Below, in pieces: positions 48,408-61,789 of a stretch of DNA of 64,000 bases; position 1 is the stretch's first letter, and the number at the start of each line of letters is the position of its first letter. Made by a program: the position numbers and the translations under genes. The notes below the pieces were generated by a model. The model ran no database searches, was not told where the DNA came from, and saw only the letters and a program-made list of their open reading frames with translations. This DNA comes from Phoronis australis (lineage: Eukaryota; Animalia; Phoronida), in contig NMRA01000220.1 in NCBI GenBank assembly GCA_002633005.1, forward strand, positions 573,337 through 637,336, given 5' to 3'.

Positions 48408-48787
48408 AATTCAGGTCACATGGCAATGCTGACAGCACCAGAGACACTCAAACAAGACGGTCGAAGAGTTCAAGGTCTCTAGATGATGTCCTGTTGAGTT
48501 GTCTGTAGTCCAAGTACGCTTCTGCAATGATGAATTTAGGTCACATGGCAATGCTGAGAGCGTCAGAGACACTCAAACAAGACGGTCGAAGAGCTCAAGG
48601 TCCCTAGATGATGTCCTGTTGAGTTGTCTGTAGTCCAAATACGCTTTTGCAATGATGAATTTAGGTCACATGGCAATGCTGAGAGCGTCAGAGACACTCA
48701 AACAAGACGGTCGAAGAGTTCAAGGTCCCTAGATGATGTCCTGTTGAGTTGTCTGTAGTCCAAGTACGCTTTTGCAATGATGAATTC
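48408..48787. repeat. 125-bp tandem repeat x3
   Basis: ggtcacatggcaatgctga recurs at 48414, 48539 and 48664. Confidence 0.95.
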
Positions 48788-49189
48788 AAGGGTTTGACAT
48801 TCTGACTCAGTGAGAAGGCTCCTAGTTTATAATGTGCAGTTTCACCCATAAACAATAGCGGAGTTGCAACTGAATCGATTTAACGATTGCGCATGTCCGG
48901 AAATTAGGGTGCGCAAAGGCTACTGGGATTGTTGATGGTAAACGGGATGGCCGACTGGTTTGCACGACGTGTAATTTGTGTGCATTAAACTACGCTGCTG
49001 TATGTAATTCTGCCGCTATTCGCCCTAATTAGCGCCCATGGCTCAACAAGTGCCCCAACGCGTTTTCAGACTTTGCTAAAGTAAGCGCCCAGCCCATGAA
49101 CTACATGCGAAAAATGCCCTTACCTACAGTTCTAACGTCTCCAATTTATCAATTGAAAGATCCGACAGCCTGAATTTGTAACGGACCAC

Positions 49190-49415
49190 GAGCCTCACCG
49201 TTATGTCCGTATACACTTCAAACTTACGCCGCGATTCAAAAAGAACGCAGAAGTTTTGCTGCTCTTGCGAGGGATGTGCCCCACTACGCGGGTCTGGACT
49301 TTGAAAACAGACACAGCGTACTTGTCAAAGAGCGGGATTGCATTGTTTCTTTCCAGTACAGATCTTCTCCGGCCTCAAACTTCTTTGTGCATGTGAAAAC
49401 CGTGAATCGAAGACT
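49190..49415 (-). pseudogene. Degenerate HIRAN-like domain, probably transposon-borne
   Basis: SSIHGFHMHKEV*, AGEDLYWKE and FDKYAVSVFKVQTRVVGHIPRKSSKTSAFFLNRG, with a stop and frameshifts. Confidence 0.65.
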
Positions 49416-52400
49416 AATAAAAAAAACTCGACCAGTGTTAGCACGCGACCAAGAAGCGCGCGCTGCATAATGTACCGACTGTCATCGAAGATTAATCGGG
49501 TAACATAGCATCGGCAAATAAATATTGGCACTAATTTCCGAAAGTTTCCAATACCGTAAAAAGCTTCTGCATTATTTTTAAGAGAAATTATTTAACTAAT
49601 CATAATTGGTGTTTTTAAGGTCAAAATGACCCACTTCGCACCCTTACACCCCAAATCTTCCGGGAAATAGCTGTTACACTACGGTCACGCATCCACTCAC
49701 CCGGCGACTCAATGAGTGACATGTCGGTCTTACCGAAAAAATTCTCGAACGTTTTTAGCAGATGAGGCCAGCAAGTGCTAAGCCGTAAATATTAAAACAC
49801 GCTCTGCTTGACTGCTTGACTTATTTTTTTTTTGGATACAATGCACACCTAGATCATTACATTACTCTGGCAAATGAACTCTGACAAGCACACGCACGCT
49901 TACTCTCACACACACGCATACAAACTTCAAAACAAACGTCACGTGACAACAACATGTGTTCCCACAGAGATTTTTCTCGGGTTGCGTGCTACAATCTAGC
50001 GTAGATTTGGACTTAATCTGCAGTTAATCCAGACTTCACAAGAACTTAAAAATCTTAGAGACGCTATTTGGAAAACTTGAGGAGGATTTCAGGTAATTTG
50101 TTGAGTCAAAGCTGTATTCTTATTTAAGAATTCAAGCCCTATCGACGATTGCGAGACCAGCAGCTACGCATTTGTCGGCAAGATTTCGCCCTGGAACTTC
50201 AACAAAATTTTATGAAAAATGATCGTAATTTAACAACGAATTTTGATAGCAATGTACCACAATTTTGTAGAAAGTAAATAATAATAATCTGCACGCTTTA
50301 TCTTAGCGCGTAATGCATATAGTGTGCATACGTTAAGTGAGTCGACCCAGAACAGGTGATTGTGCAGAGGCATTATCCTCAAAATTGCTCATGTTGGCTT
50401 GGTTCTGGTCAAGCGAAAACAAGTTTTTTTTTTACTACCAACCGCCGTGGAGTATTTGTTACTGTTTCTTTGAAGGGAGATATTGTTGGGCAGTTTCTAA
50501 GATACGTTTTCTTGCCGCCCTCAAAATGAGCGCTGCACACTTTATGCTACGAAGTCGGAAAGAATTCACGAAGTCGGCCTTTGCTACCAGCTCTACCGAT
50601 GTCTCTGACCCATGTTTAACGCAGTTCTTGATCCTTGGGAAACAGGTAGTAACTAATTTTTTTATTTCGCTAACTGGTATTATAGCATGCCAGGCACACA
50701 ACACTTATAACCTCCCCGTAGCCCGTTCGCCCGCACGGTTGCCAACATACTTGTTTACTGAAGTTTACCATTGTAACCACAATGCAACATTCTGACCCAT
50801 TTCCAATATGGCGGCGTTGCAACTCCGCTATTCACTTTGAGCTTGAGGGTAAATTCTTCCCAACTGACGTGACGACTCTGAGGATTATGTGTGAATATAT
50901 GTAGCTTCGCGACAAGGTCGTAGTAATCCAGTCTTCTTGGATACTGTGTGCTTCTCTGGTTAAGCTCATGTCTTATTGTTTGGGCATGTTAACCCATGAA
51001 ATAACATCTGGGACAGTAGTCTTCCTCACACTGTTTTCGAACGTCACTTCCATAGACATAGCAATTACATCGTTTTTAAGTATCAATCCACTGATCCACC
51101 GACCACTGTACAGCCAACACGTGCCAAGGTGGAGAAACAGCCATTCATCACTATATTTAGTCTAATAAATCACATTAGGGTTGAGAGAAATTGGGTGAAG
51201 TATGACACCACAAAGTTTGGTGGTTTAGGAGATACAAGGGAAGTCATCTGGGGGGGCAAAATGAGGCAATTTCTTTGTGTGGAATGAGTCATTTTTGACC
51301 AAATTTTCTACTCCAGTTTCTGCTTCAAACAGAATATTTCCTGAATAATTTTGATATCACATGATATGTTCATGACCAATGTAAGTAAAAACGGCATGCA
51401 CCGACAATGAAATATCGGTTACACTGGAACACTTCATGCTTGTGAAAAACCAACAGTAAGTTGTACCCTTATAGCGATGGAAGTTGCCCCCACGAGAAAA
51501 CTCAAAATAATAACATGGACATATAGAAGACTCCATGCCCTTGAAATTAATACAATAAACTTTGTCGGCTTGATAATAGGGGTCTGAATTTCACTAATTT
51601 CAGACCGCGTATGTGTATTTGTCTTGTTAAACCAGTCACTAGAGACTAGGGGGTACGTTATGTCTGCCAATGAATTTCTGCGATTGAATATGAAGTTAAT
51701 TAAACATGCTAAAGCCTTCAAAAATGTTGTGTATTTCGCAAAAAAATTCATTGGTCAATTGAGAAATATAATGCACAACTCATTTATTTCACAATGAACG
51801 CTGAGGCATAGGTAGTGTGGATAATTTAAATCGTTCTCAATATTTTCTACATGTAATGTACCATACTTCTATTACATGTATATACCTTTGTCCTACTGTC
51901 ACGTACATAGAATGAAATTTATTTGTGAAACCTTCACTTTAGCTTGGTATTCATATTTTCTGAACCGAAATGGTCACATTAAATTTAACATGTTTTAATA
52001 ATTTTTTTCATTAGTACAATTTTAGGAATCAGGAAAGGCTTATGCTGAAGAAGTGGTTTCTGCTGAACTTGGAGACCTGCCGATTATTAGTAAAGGTTGG
52101 GTATGGTAAAAGTTCAAAACCAGCATGAAGGTACCCTTCAAGGTACCTTGTCAAGGATGTAGCATTGTAAAAATTCAAAGTTAGGAAACAGTACAGTGGC
52201 TGGACCTGTAACCACACTGGCTGATATGCTAAATTCAGTGGTGGCATTATTGTGTCAGCACAGCTGTGTAGGGAAGTAGGCTTGTGTGTTGTTGCAAGCT
52301 TTGTTTTTACCAGAACTGCTGTGTAATCAGCACAAATCTAAAATTACCTGGATTGAATTTTTTCCAGGCACCGATCATGATCCTGGGCCAGTGGATTAAG

Positions 52401-52849
52401 TGGTACAGCCACATGGTAATGGTACATTGCTCTTTTTGTTTAGCCACTGGACTTTTTGGTCTGACAGGATTTCTCAGTGTGGCCATCACATTTAGATGAT
52501 TACTGACAACTGTACTGTTTCTTTTCCTTGAAGTCGCATAATTGATCTGAAATTATGTTTCCGCACTTTATTTAACTTTATAGATTTTTGTTTGTAAATG
52601 GGCATTTATTACAGAAATTTGAGCCCCTGTTGCAGTTAGGCTAGTTTTATTCACTTATCTTTCTGCCTGGGTTGCAATCCCTCATTCTGTCCAGGAGGCA
52701 AAATTTTGAGTTAGACCATTTACCTCTATAAACATTGCTCAGTTTGTTCCTTATCCAGATGGGAAGTGATTTTTGGAATTGCAGCGAATTGACAGTTTGC
52801 TATTCCTCGAAACCATGCTGTGTGTATAAAATCACACACTATTATACTG

Positions 52850-53097
52850 GAGCCCGTTCCAAGAAACTGACTTAAGTTCATTTTTGACTTAAGTCTAAGA
52901 TTTGTCTTAACTTCCATGCTTTGAAACTTCCACATACGGCAAGATAGTTAAAATTAAAAGAAAACTTTTATCAAAAACTTAATTCAAACTTAAGATCTCT
53001 TTCTTGAAACGGTCTCGAGAAAAATTGAAGTTTTATCTTAAAATTTTCTAAAATTTAAGATTTGTCTTAGCTAAGTCAGTTTTGTTGGAACGGGCCC
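52850..53097. mobile_element. PIF/Harbinger-type MITE
   Basis: TIR gagcccgttccaagaaactgactta / taagtcagttttgttggaacgggccc with 3-bp TSD CTG (52847-52849 and 53098-53100). Confidence 0.85.
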
Positions 53098-56000
53098 CTG
53101 GTCTCTAGCAATTGCGTATTGCCAGATCTTTCGAAATTCTGAAATTGCTCAAAAGTGACCTGGAAATAATACCTATTTCATGATGGTAAAATGTCTAAAT
53201 CAAAAGTTGGTTTATGTGATTTTAGACGAGTTTATGCCCACTTCAAATGATTTTTGTTGCAGTTCTGAAAAGTATTGGCACATTAGCTCTGGTGGGTCCT
53301 TGGTTTTTGACGAATTGACCATTTTATGGTTCCCATGGATAATTTTGTTACTGCTCTAGTATGTATGTAAAACTGTAATCGTAGGCAATTATGCAAACCA
53401 TGTTGCAAAAGTATATTTCCATGACCATTTCATTGTAAAAGTGCTGTCCAATTTGCACCGACAAGCCAATTTTTCATTATGTGGTGGTTATTTTTGATAT
53501 TGATGTGGTAAATACAGCTACCTCAAGTTGTGAAGAAGAAATTTCCAATGCTGTCAACGACATTTCGAAATAACTTTTTCGTAGTGAGACTACATCACCT
53601 TAAATTTAGTTTCCTGACTTTATGGGTTTTGTGTGGTTGACTCTGTCTTGTAGCAATTGGAGTGTTGAAAAGATCTAGCAGGCAATTTTTTATTAGAGTC
53701 ATAACATTTGCACTTTTGACTACAGTTATCTTTGTATTGCATTATGAAAACATATTTTGTAGTACACAAGTCTCTGGTTGGTGTTTTGCATTTTTTCACA
53801 AGGAAAATTTTCAACTTAAATGAGTTGTCGGTGAGGTAGGCAACTTTCAAATAAGATAAGGAATAAAATTGTCAAACATTCTTTTACTTTTTAGATGTGT
53901 GATCTTCCAATAAGCGATTACCGTTAAAAACCAGTGCAGAATTTGATTTTACTCTTCAGTTAAAGAAGAATAAATCCATAAACCTGCATTGTCTAGAAAT
54001 TTTACTTAAATTACGTTCAGGGTTGGAGATTGGACCCGTATCATGAGCAATGTAACACAATACATGGATATAAAAATTTTGAGAAATATCCATGAGGAAA
54101 TTGCAAGGCATTACAACTGTAAATCAAAATAACCTACATTTGTCGAGTTCATGTCCTAACCCTCTTCACTGTGGAGGACATAATCGACTTTTACAAAATG
54201 GAGCCATGTATGCTATCTAGAAGTACTATAGCCCTAGGTGGTAAGTAGGAAAACATTCAAAACATCCAGGAGGAACAAACTCGTTGCGAAATATCAAAAA
54301 AACATGAATGACAATCTGATTTTACGTGCTCACGCATGGATCTCATTTTAGTACATTTTAGGTGCCAAAATGTGTAACTAATAAAATGGCTGACAAAGTT
54401 TTTATTTTATGCAATGAAAGTAACCTGTTTTGTCAATGTTTTGGCTAAGTTTCATTCTCATAGCAGTGGAGGCAGACTTGGTACAGCAGGATACTGAACA
54501 TAACCTCAAAATGGCATAACGGGGGGGTAGTGTAGCAAGACTACAAAATGAGAGTGGTAAATCAGAATCTTTTTTCAAGACCTCTGTGTAACGATCTATA
54601 GGCACCACTAAACAATACCAAGTGAATAACAGTTCAATAGCTTTCATTCAAGGAAAAATATAATCAGTTAAAACTGGACAGTTTTCATACAGTGAAAACA
54701 TGGCTGCGAAGCCGTAAAAGGTGTTTGAGCCTATAACTTTAGTAAAACGTAATATTTTGAGGAAATATTTTACCACTGTTTATAGATCCCATAGGACTAC
54801 GTATTTTCCAAATTTGGTGAAAATCGGTTGATCCCCACCTTGCCGATGGATGTCTGGTGCTCTCGTGGACTAGTACTTAAGAGTCAATCAGTCGGTAGGG
54901 ACAATATCTAACCAATAGAAGATCGGAACCGGTGGCAGACCCTGGAGTGGCTTGAGCAGTTGCACGCTTGTCAATCCAGTGCGAGAGTTTTATTTTTTCG
55001 TTTTTTCAAGACAAACCAGTAAGATCGCGCAAAATTTTCAGTTAATCCATGCCACTTGACGCAAATACAATATATTCAGGAGACGTGCCGCTCACTCGGG
55101 ACGTACTTTCGTGGTGCTCCAGTAAGCCTTTTCAGTATTAAAAATGACCGCGGGTAACTTTGTAACATTGAAATATGGCTCGGGACACTTTTAAAGGGGA
55201 CCGGAAATTTGTGAACTAGGTCATCCGCCAGATGGCGATCGTCGTATGTGTATTTGCCAATCACAGTCTACGTGTAGGTCAGAGGTCAGTTCCCTTGGCG
55301 TGTTACACAAATAAATGGACGAAGGAGGTACATGTAGATCGATAAGAGGAATCAAAATTAACTTTAAAAGTTTTGCGGAACCTAAAATCAAAATAACCCT
55401 GTCGAATCTACCAAAGCCTGTTAGACACTTGGAGAGGATTTTTGGCAAGTTGACCGTGTTATAGCTCGACGAAAATCAAAAACAGTGAGTATGTAAACAT
55501 GCCCTAGACCGGCAGTTTCTTGTTATAACCACAGCCCAGCTGACTGGACGTACAATATTTAACGATTTTTCTGTCGATTAATTATTAACTCTTTCACACT
55601 CGGAATGATGTTTGGATTATGATATGATTGACATAGTCCATTACGCCAGTTCTATTTTCCTGGTTCAATTTGACGAGTCTATGTCTGCACGTACAGTATG
55701 CCACACTTGATGCGGCACATGCGTCTGAACGCAGGCCTAGAGTAAAAGTTGAGCGTCATTGAGGCAAAGATACTATGGGTAACTATAAAATCTTTGATTA
55801 AGGTCAACATTGTGCTACAAAAGTTGGAAACCGTACATACGGGTAACTTCAAATCAGAGTTGCAAAATTCTGAGGTAGTCTGTTTAGTCTGTAAATTTAC
55901 AGTTTGTTACGCTATTGCTGATACCTGATAGTTATATAATTCCATTTTCTTAGGTTGGCTGCACTTACCTAATTCAGTGGAAAAACTACCCCTACCAGGC

Positions 56001-57179
56001 ATCCACTTGGGAACCTGAGTGCCTTTTAACAGCGGATCTCAACACCATATTTACCAGGCCTGAAGTCTCTACTGAAAGCCAAGTGTCTGCCAAACGGGCA
56101 CTTTTTGCAGTTTTGCAAAACTGCTTACTGCATAAGGGTGTTAATGTTCACCCCCTCCCAGTTTCAATTTCGCTTGACACATTTAGGTGTATTACTGCGG
56201 ATTGTAGACCAAGGCATTCTGCAATAAAAGGTTATTTATAATACTCTAAACAAGACTTAGATTTAGTAGAGTTTTCAGAAGGGTGGGAATATTTGGTAAG
56301 AAACATGGGGTGGGTCATAAAATAGTTTTCCCGGTCTCAATTAAGCAGGATGTAATTTTCCCCTGAAAATTATAAAAGAACATCTGATGGGGAACTGACA
56401 GAGCTTCCAAGAACACCGTGTGAAAAGCTGTAATTCGATGTGAAACACCAGCTTGTGCGATATGGAACATACATGTATCTACAGTAATTGTAATCTCATC
56501 TCTGTCTTAAATAGCTAATACTACATGCCTTAGCTCTTTTTTTCAGATGTATTCTTAAATCACTCGAGTCCGTCCGTCCGGTGTTTGTCTGTGCCAACTT
56601 GTAATATTACACCATTTACCTGTTGTTTATGATGACTAAAAGTATAACTGAGTCACATACGTACATGTATTTAGTCGCTCCACTCATACCATGTACTAGA
56701 TATAGTATAAGTTTATTCAGTAAAAATTACTACGATATCAAAACCTCTTTTGTGATTAAGGGCTAGTCCAAATTTACAAAATGATGTAAGTGTTGTGTAC
56801 AGGATTAAAATACCCTTTGCTTCTCGTAAGGTGGGGCAGGCTGAGGCTGGGGCATCTTGTAAAACATATACATGTAAAATGCTACTCGCTGAGTTTCTTG
56901 CAGAAAACCACTTCTTAAGTTTAAAGCCTGAGTGCGTGCGACTTGGGGAACGACTGCGCAGAGAATGCCCTAAAATTTCAAAAAAAAAAATTATCTGGTT
57001 TCAAAGGCAACCACCGCAATAGTTTGCTCAAAAGATTTTAACTTTAAATATGAAAGAAGAAGATTCTTTGGCAGAAAGTAAAACAAACTGAGTTCATTGC
57101 AAGGTACTCTCAATGACGCTGTGACTAAATTAAAGTAGTTGGAAAGCAACAGCGAGAGTTTTACATAGTGAGTTAAAAG

Positions 57180-57660
57180 AGTTTATAAGAAAATCAAGTC
57201 ATCAAATAGTACAAATTGAATGTGAAACACGAAGATCAGAAGGTCTTTTGGAAACAAATATTTCTTTGCAGAAGTATGTTGAAAACTTATGTGATTTATG
57301 TGTTGGAGTTTCCGATCAAGAAAATTCAAACTTCGGAGCATAATCTCGTTCGTTTCAAAATAGGAAACTCAAAGAGATATTAAAATCCAGGTCGGAATGT
57401 GCTCTGTGGTTTAGGCAGAAGTATAATCTGAAATTGGAAAGTCTCGCACTTAAAGACTATGGAGGACAAAGGCATGATATTCAATAGTCTAAAATCAGAT
57501 ACTTAGACAAAAACAATTTAGAAAAATACTATACCTTCTGGATCGAATCTATGTCAGCGACGCCTCTTATCACGAACTTCTCATGGTTTGTGATGGTATT
57601 CCAAAATCGCACATTTTAAAGTAACTACGCTCAAATTTAAATGCTATTTGCCATGTCCAA
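57180..57660 (+). mobile_element. Decayed DNA transposase N-terminal part (RAG1/Transib/Chapaev-like family)
   Basis: NRKLKEILKSRSECALWFRQKYNLKLESLALKD and ILYLLDRIYVSDASYHELLMVCDGIPKSHILK*LRSNLNAICHV, with stops and a frameshift. Confidence 0.55.
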
Positions 57661-58384
57661 TTCAATACAAATCGTCACTTGGCTGCTCGCCTTGCGTCAT
57701 GCAATGATCTGTATTCCCAGTCATACCATGGTACCGGCAAGAACATATTCCCCAGCCAACTTTTTGGGGTTTTGCTTCCCTAGCTCCAGACTTTTATTAA
57801 ATGTTATCGCAATAATTCGTTAGGCCACAGAGCCGTATAATGGCCCCTCAGTGGTTTTCACAAGCCCGAGCGCAGATATCCGAAGACGTTTCTAGAAGTC
57901 AATGGGACTAGTGTAATTTGATTCAGTGTACTGCTGGGATATATGAAGCGCATGATAACGGATTTTTTATTAATGATCTATGTTTTCTTCCCCTGAGGAC
58001 TGACTTCAGGTGGTGGTGTAAGTAGGCTTTCACTTCAGTGTGGACAAAGCAACATCTCGTTTTACATGTGTCAACTCGTAGGCCGCTGAATTAATCATGA
58101 AAGGAATGTTCAACAAGAATGTTAAGATTTACAAAAATTCCTACCATGAACAAAAGGATGATAAATCAGTGTAGGGCCTAACGAAAAGGAGTCATCTCGA
58201 TACGCAGCTGGATAGAAAAAGAATCAACAATTCTGATCAGGTATTCTCTGATGGAAAATCATTCAACTGAAACATGATAATCACAAAATGAAGCCAAGCA
58301 CATCCTGATAAGCAATATTTGAGAGATGACATGCTGCGTAATGTGCGGGCTGGCATGGAATAGCATAGATAATAATAGAATACA

Positions 58385-58495
58385 ACACAGAATAGAATAG
58401 AATAGAATAGAATAGAATAGAATAGAATAGAATAGAATATAATAGAATAGAATAGAATAGAATAGAACAGAACAGAATAGAATAGAATAGAATAG
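58385..58495. repeat. (AATAG)n microsatellite, possibly the tail of a minus-strand LINE
   Basis: About 20 AATAG units. Confidence 0.95.
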
Positions 58496-58718
58496 ACTAC
58501 TACATGTACATAAACAATACGCATTAGCATATTCGCTTTTTTCGATAAAATAACAGGAATTTGTACATCGACGGTGAGAAGATATCAGTACAAATGGCAT
58601 AAAAGAAAAACGTAAACTGATAAGGACTTACACAGACACTGAGATTTATGGCACTCTGACATAAATCCTATTATTTGGGCAAATACCATTATAGAGCCCT
58701 TCGTGCTTCATATCCAAC

Positions 58719-59574
58719 TGTTGGTTAGTTCCTACCAAGCCCGATGGTTGCGCTGTTTGTTCTTCCTCTCCAGCTTCCTGTTGGCCCAGCCTCAAGCAAC
58801 AGTACATTCACTCGTAAGTTTTCCTAATTAGACAAGTTTATACCTCTCCCGCCCTCCCTACCCGGGGTACCACAAAATTTCACGTCAACCGTTTTCTACC
58901 TTTACCACGCTCCATCCCTTTTGCCGAACAAAATCTGCTGTTGGTTATTGTTGTTTTTACAGCCACTGCTGGTACCTTCTTCAAGCCCGGAGCGTGTTAC
59001 CGTCAGGCAAGAACCGACGTCATTGGCTAGCGACCAGACCTGTACTTGAGCGTCCATTACTGCAGCTTGCTTCTCTCCACCCCGGTCACAGCTCTCGGCA
59101 CATACTGAGCCACAACACCACGTTTCTTACAATATCTCTTTTTATCACTCCGGCTGGTCTGCTCACTCAGCTTGTCCGGAACCTGCTTTGCAGGTTGTTA
59201 TAGCCCAGTTGGCTGTTTGGTGTACCCACTTGGTACTTTATATGATATTTGCCCATTTGGCAGTTTGTACCCACTTGGTACTTGTTATTGAATTTGCCGC
59301 TTTGCTCGACCCAGTTGGTAGGCAATCGGCCAATACCCATTTGGTATTATGTACCCATTTGGTACTATGCTAACCTGTGCCACTTAGTATCCGATACTCA
59401 GTTACACTTTGGGTATCGGAAATGTGTGTGTTATCTCTTGTAATTAAGGACCCCATCTGGTTCCTTCTGTGAAATATTTATTTGTAGAGCTGTGACCCTG
59501 AAATTCCCAATACAACTTAAAATATTTATTATTCTTGTTGTTTTATTTGTCCCCAATAATTAAATTTTCTAACA
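58719..59574 (+). mobile_element. Possible solo LTR
   Basis: TGTTGG...CTAACA ends, pyrimidine-rich body and internal GTACCCAYTTG repeats (59222-59365). No matching TSD. Confidence 0.3.
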
Positions 59575-61789
59575 GACAGTACTAAAGCATAACCGTACAC
59601 AAATCCTAATTACAGTGACACAGTCTTCCAACGTGTTTTCACAAGAGTTTCAAATTCTTCAAGACGAGAGGCTGTAGATATATATACTGAGAAAGAGTGC
59701 TCCATACTGTGACCGCTTATTAAGTCATTGTAAGGTTTATATTGTTTTTGAAAAAAATGTACAAGTGATGCTTCATCTTAAAAGTATTCCCCGGGAGACT
59801 TGTGCTAGCAAACTGACAAACATGTATTACGTTGCCTTATTGAGAATTGCGGCGAATAGTGTGTTGTGATTTTACTAAAATAAAAATGAACATAAATTCA
59901 TTGGGTCGTCAAAAACGAAACTCGAGTTCCTTCGCTTGAGATATATGTCGATACATCGCGAAGTAGAGCAAGTGTTTGCTTTTCTCCCAGTCAAACAGGA
60001 CTGCGGAATATAAGCCTATTTCGCACATCGTCTTGCGTAGTTTTGCAAATTCTGACAAATGTGAAAAAAGTAAGTTCAGTGAGTATACTCTCCTCTTACA
60101 AACCCCTTTAATTTCGCTCTAGGTAAGACCATAAACTGACTCAGTGTACGTGAAACGGTCTTTTCTTAATTTTTAGTCTTCAGTCTTAAGCGCGCTTACG
60201 ATTAGCTGAACATCTTGACGCTGACTTCAAAAGGATATTGAAAATAGAAAAGAGAAAAAAGTAAGACGTGAAAACCACCCAAAATCAACCATGGTATCGA
60301 AATATCGAAGCTGTCGAGTGTGATATAATGAAGTAGGAAAATATCACTACAAATATAATCTCAAAACTTCTGAGGAAAATGTGCTCGTAAATTTTACAAA
60401 AAATAAGGGCGTGATAAAGGATCAACTCGGTATTGTTATATTAAAAAGACAGAAATATATCTACAAAGCTTGCGGCAACGTAATTGCATTACATTGCATG
60501 CTTTTATAGCTAATAACCAGATCACTGAACGTATTACTACAAGAACCAACATACTCTAAATGCATTGCTTTAACTTGGGCCACATTTGCAGTGACACCCG
60601 AAACTGCCTCGTTCCTAACACCCAGTCCAGGCCAGTCACATCTGTAATCCCTAAAATACACAAATAAAAGCTAGGCACCCCATTGTAGCTAGCAACAACT
60701 GGCACAGCCGGGAAAACATGCCCTAATTAGTTGAATGTCATTTTCAACAATTTTCCCTACTCGCCCTTTCATGAGAAATACACCAATCATTTTCCAACCC
60801 TTTAATTTACATTGTCAGTAATTTACCAGTTACTCTCGATGTTAAAAGTTTATAAAGAAACATCTTTGAGATCAGAAAGTAGAAACCTGTATTAAAGATA
60901 GAATCTTGGTTTATCTACTGAGCTCATTTTATTCGTCCTCCTCTAGCACACGTATTTTAATAGTTTAGACTATGTACACTGTATCACTTAACTTTTAACA
61001 ATCCTGACGTTCAAGTATAATCACTGCTGTAAGTATCCACGTTACCAACACATTTGTCGGGGAAGAGCTTTCTTCGGCCGTTTCCAATTTCTATTTTGTG
61101 AGTTGATCATCTAATGATCGCTTTTTAAAATGTCTGCTGGTGTGTCAGCTCGCCGCATAATTACTTTTCTCAGGAGAGTCAGGCATGACTCCTCAATAAC
61201 ATTCACACATAATGTATTCTTTACTGCTGAAACCAACTATGGTAATTAACACATATCATTATCTTCGTTGAAATCTGAAAATAATACAGTTCATCATTTG
61301 AATGGTGTCTAAGACATGTGTTCAAGGCCATGGGCCCAAAACTACAATTACAGCAATTAAAGTTATAAGACTGGGGAGGTAAAAGTATGTAATGATGATC
61401 TCGTACTACATGAAAGGCAAAAGAAACTAATAACACCTATGTCAGGTTTTTTCGATTAACTAATAACTTTACTGGCACTGGGACTACCCCATTATTTTTG
61501 CTACAAATATCTAACTTTAAATCATGGAATATTGGACGTAAAAGCATAAGGTGACAGGAAATGCGACGGGAGTAAGCGCGTCGCATGGTTATGCCTTTGT
61601 GACACTTCCATTGTTTACCTTCTTTGCTTCTTTGTTGGACACACAGATCGCATGGAAATCCTGCCTTGGGCGCCCATCAGCCCGTTCCCGATAAATGCCT
61701 ACCATTATCTTTATGATAAGAAAGGAAAATAAAGTAAACAATGGATACGTCTATCTATTGATATCTATGAGACGAGCTTGCGACCTCGT

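Noticed and set aside
49228-49293. Candidate upstream exon of the giant gene (cag...gtaagt)
   Set aside because: The frame that would give the required phase-2 end contains a stop, and the sequence is better explained as a HIRAN relic.
58237-58600. Hydrophobic FYSIL-repeat ORFs as membrane proteins
   Set aside because: They are translations of the (AATAG)n microsatellite.
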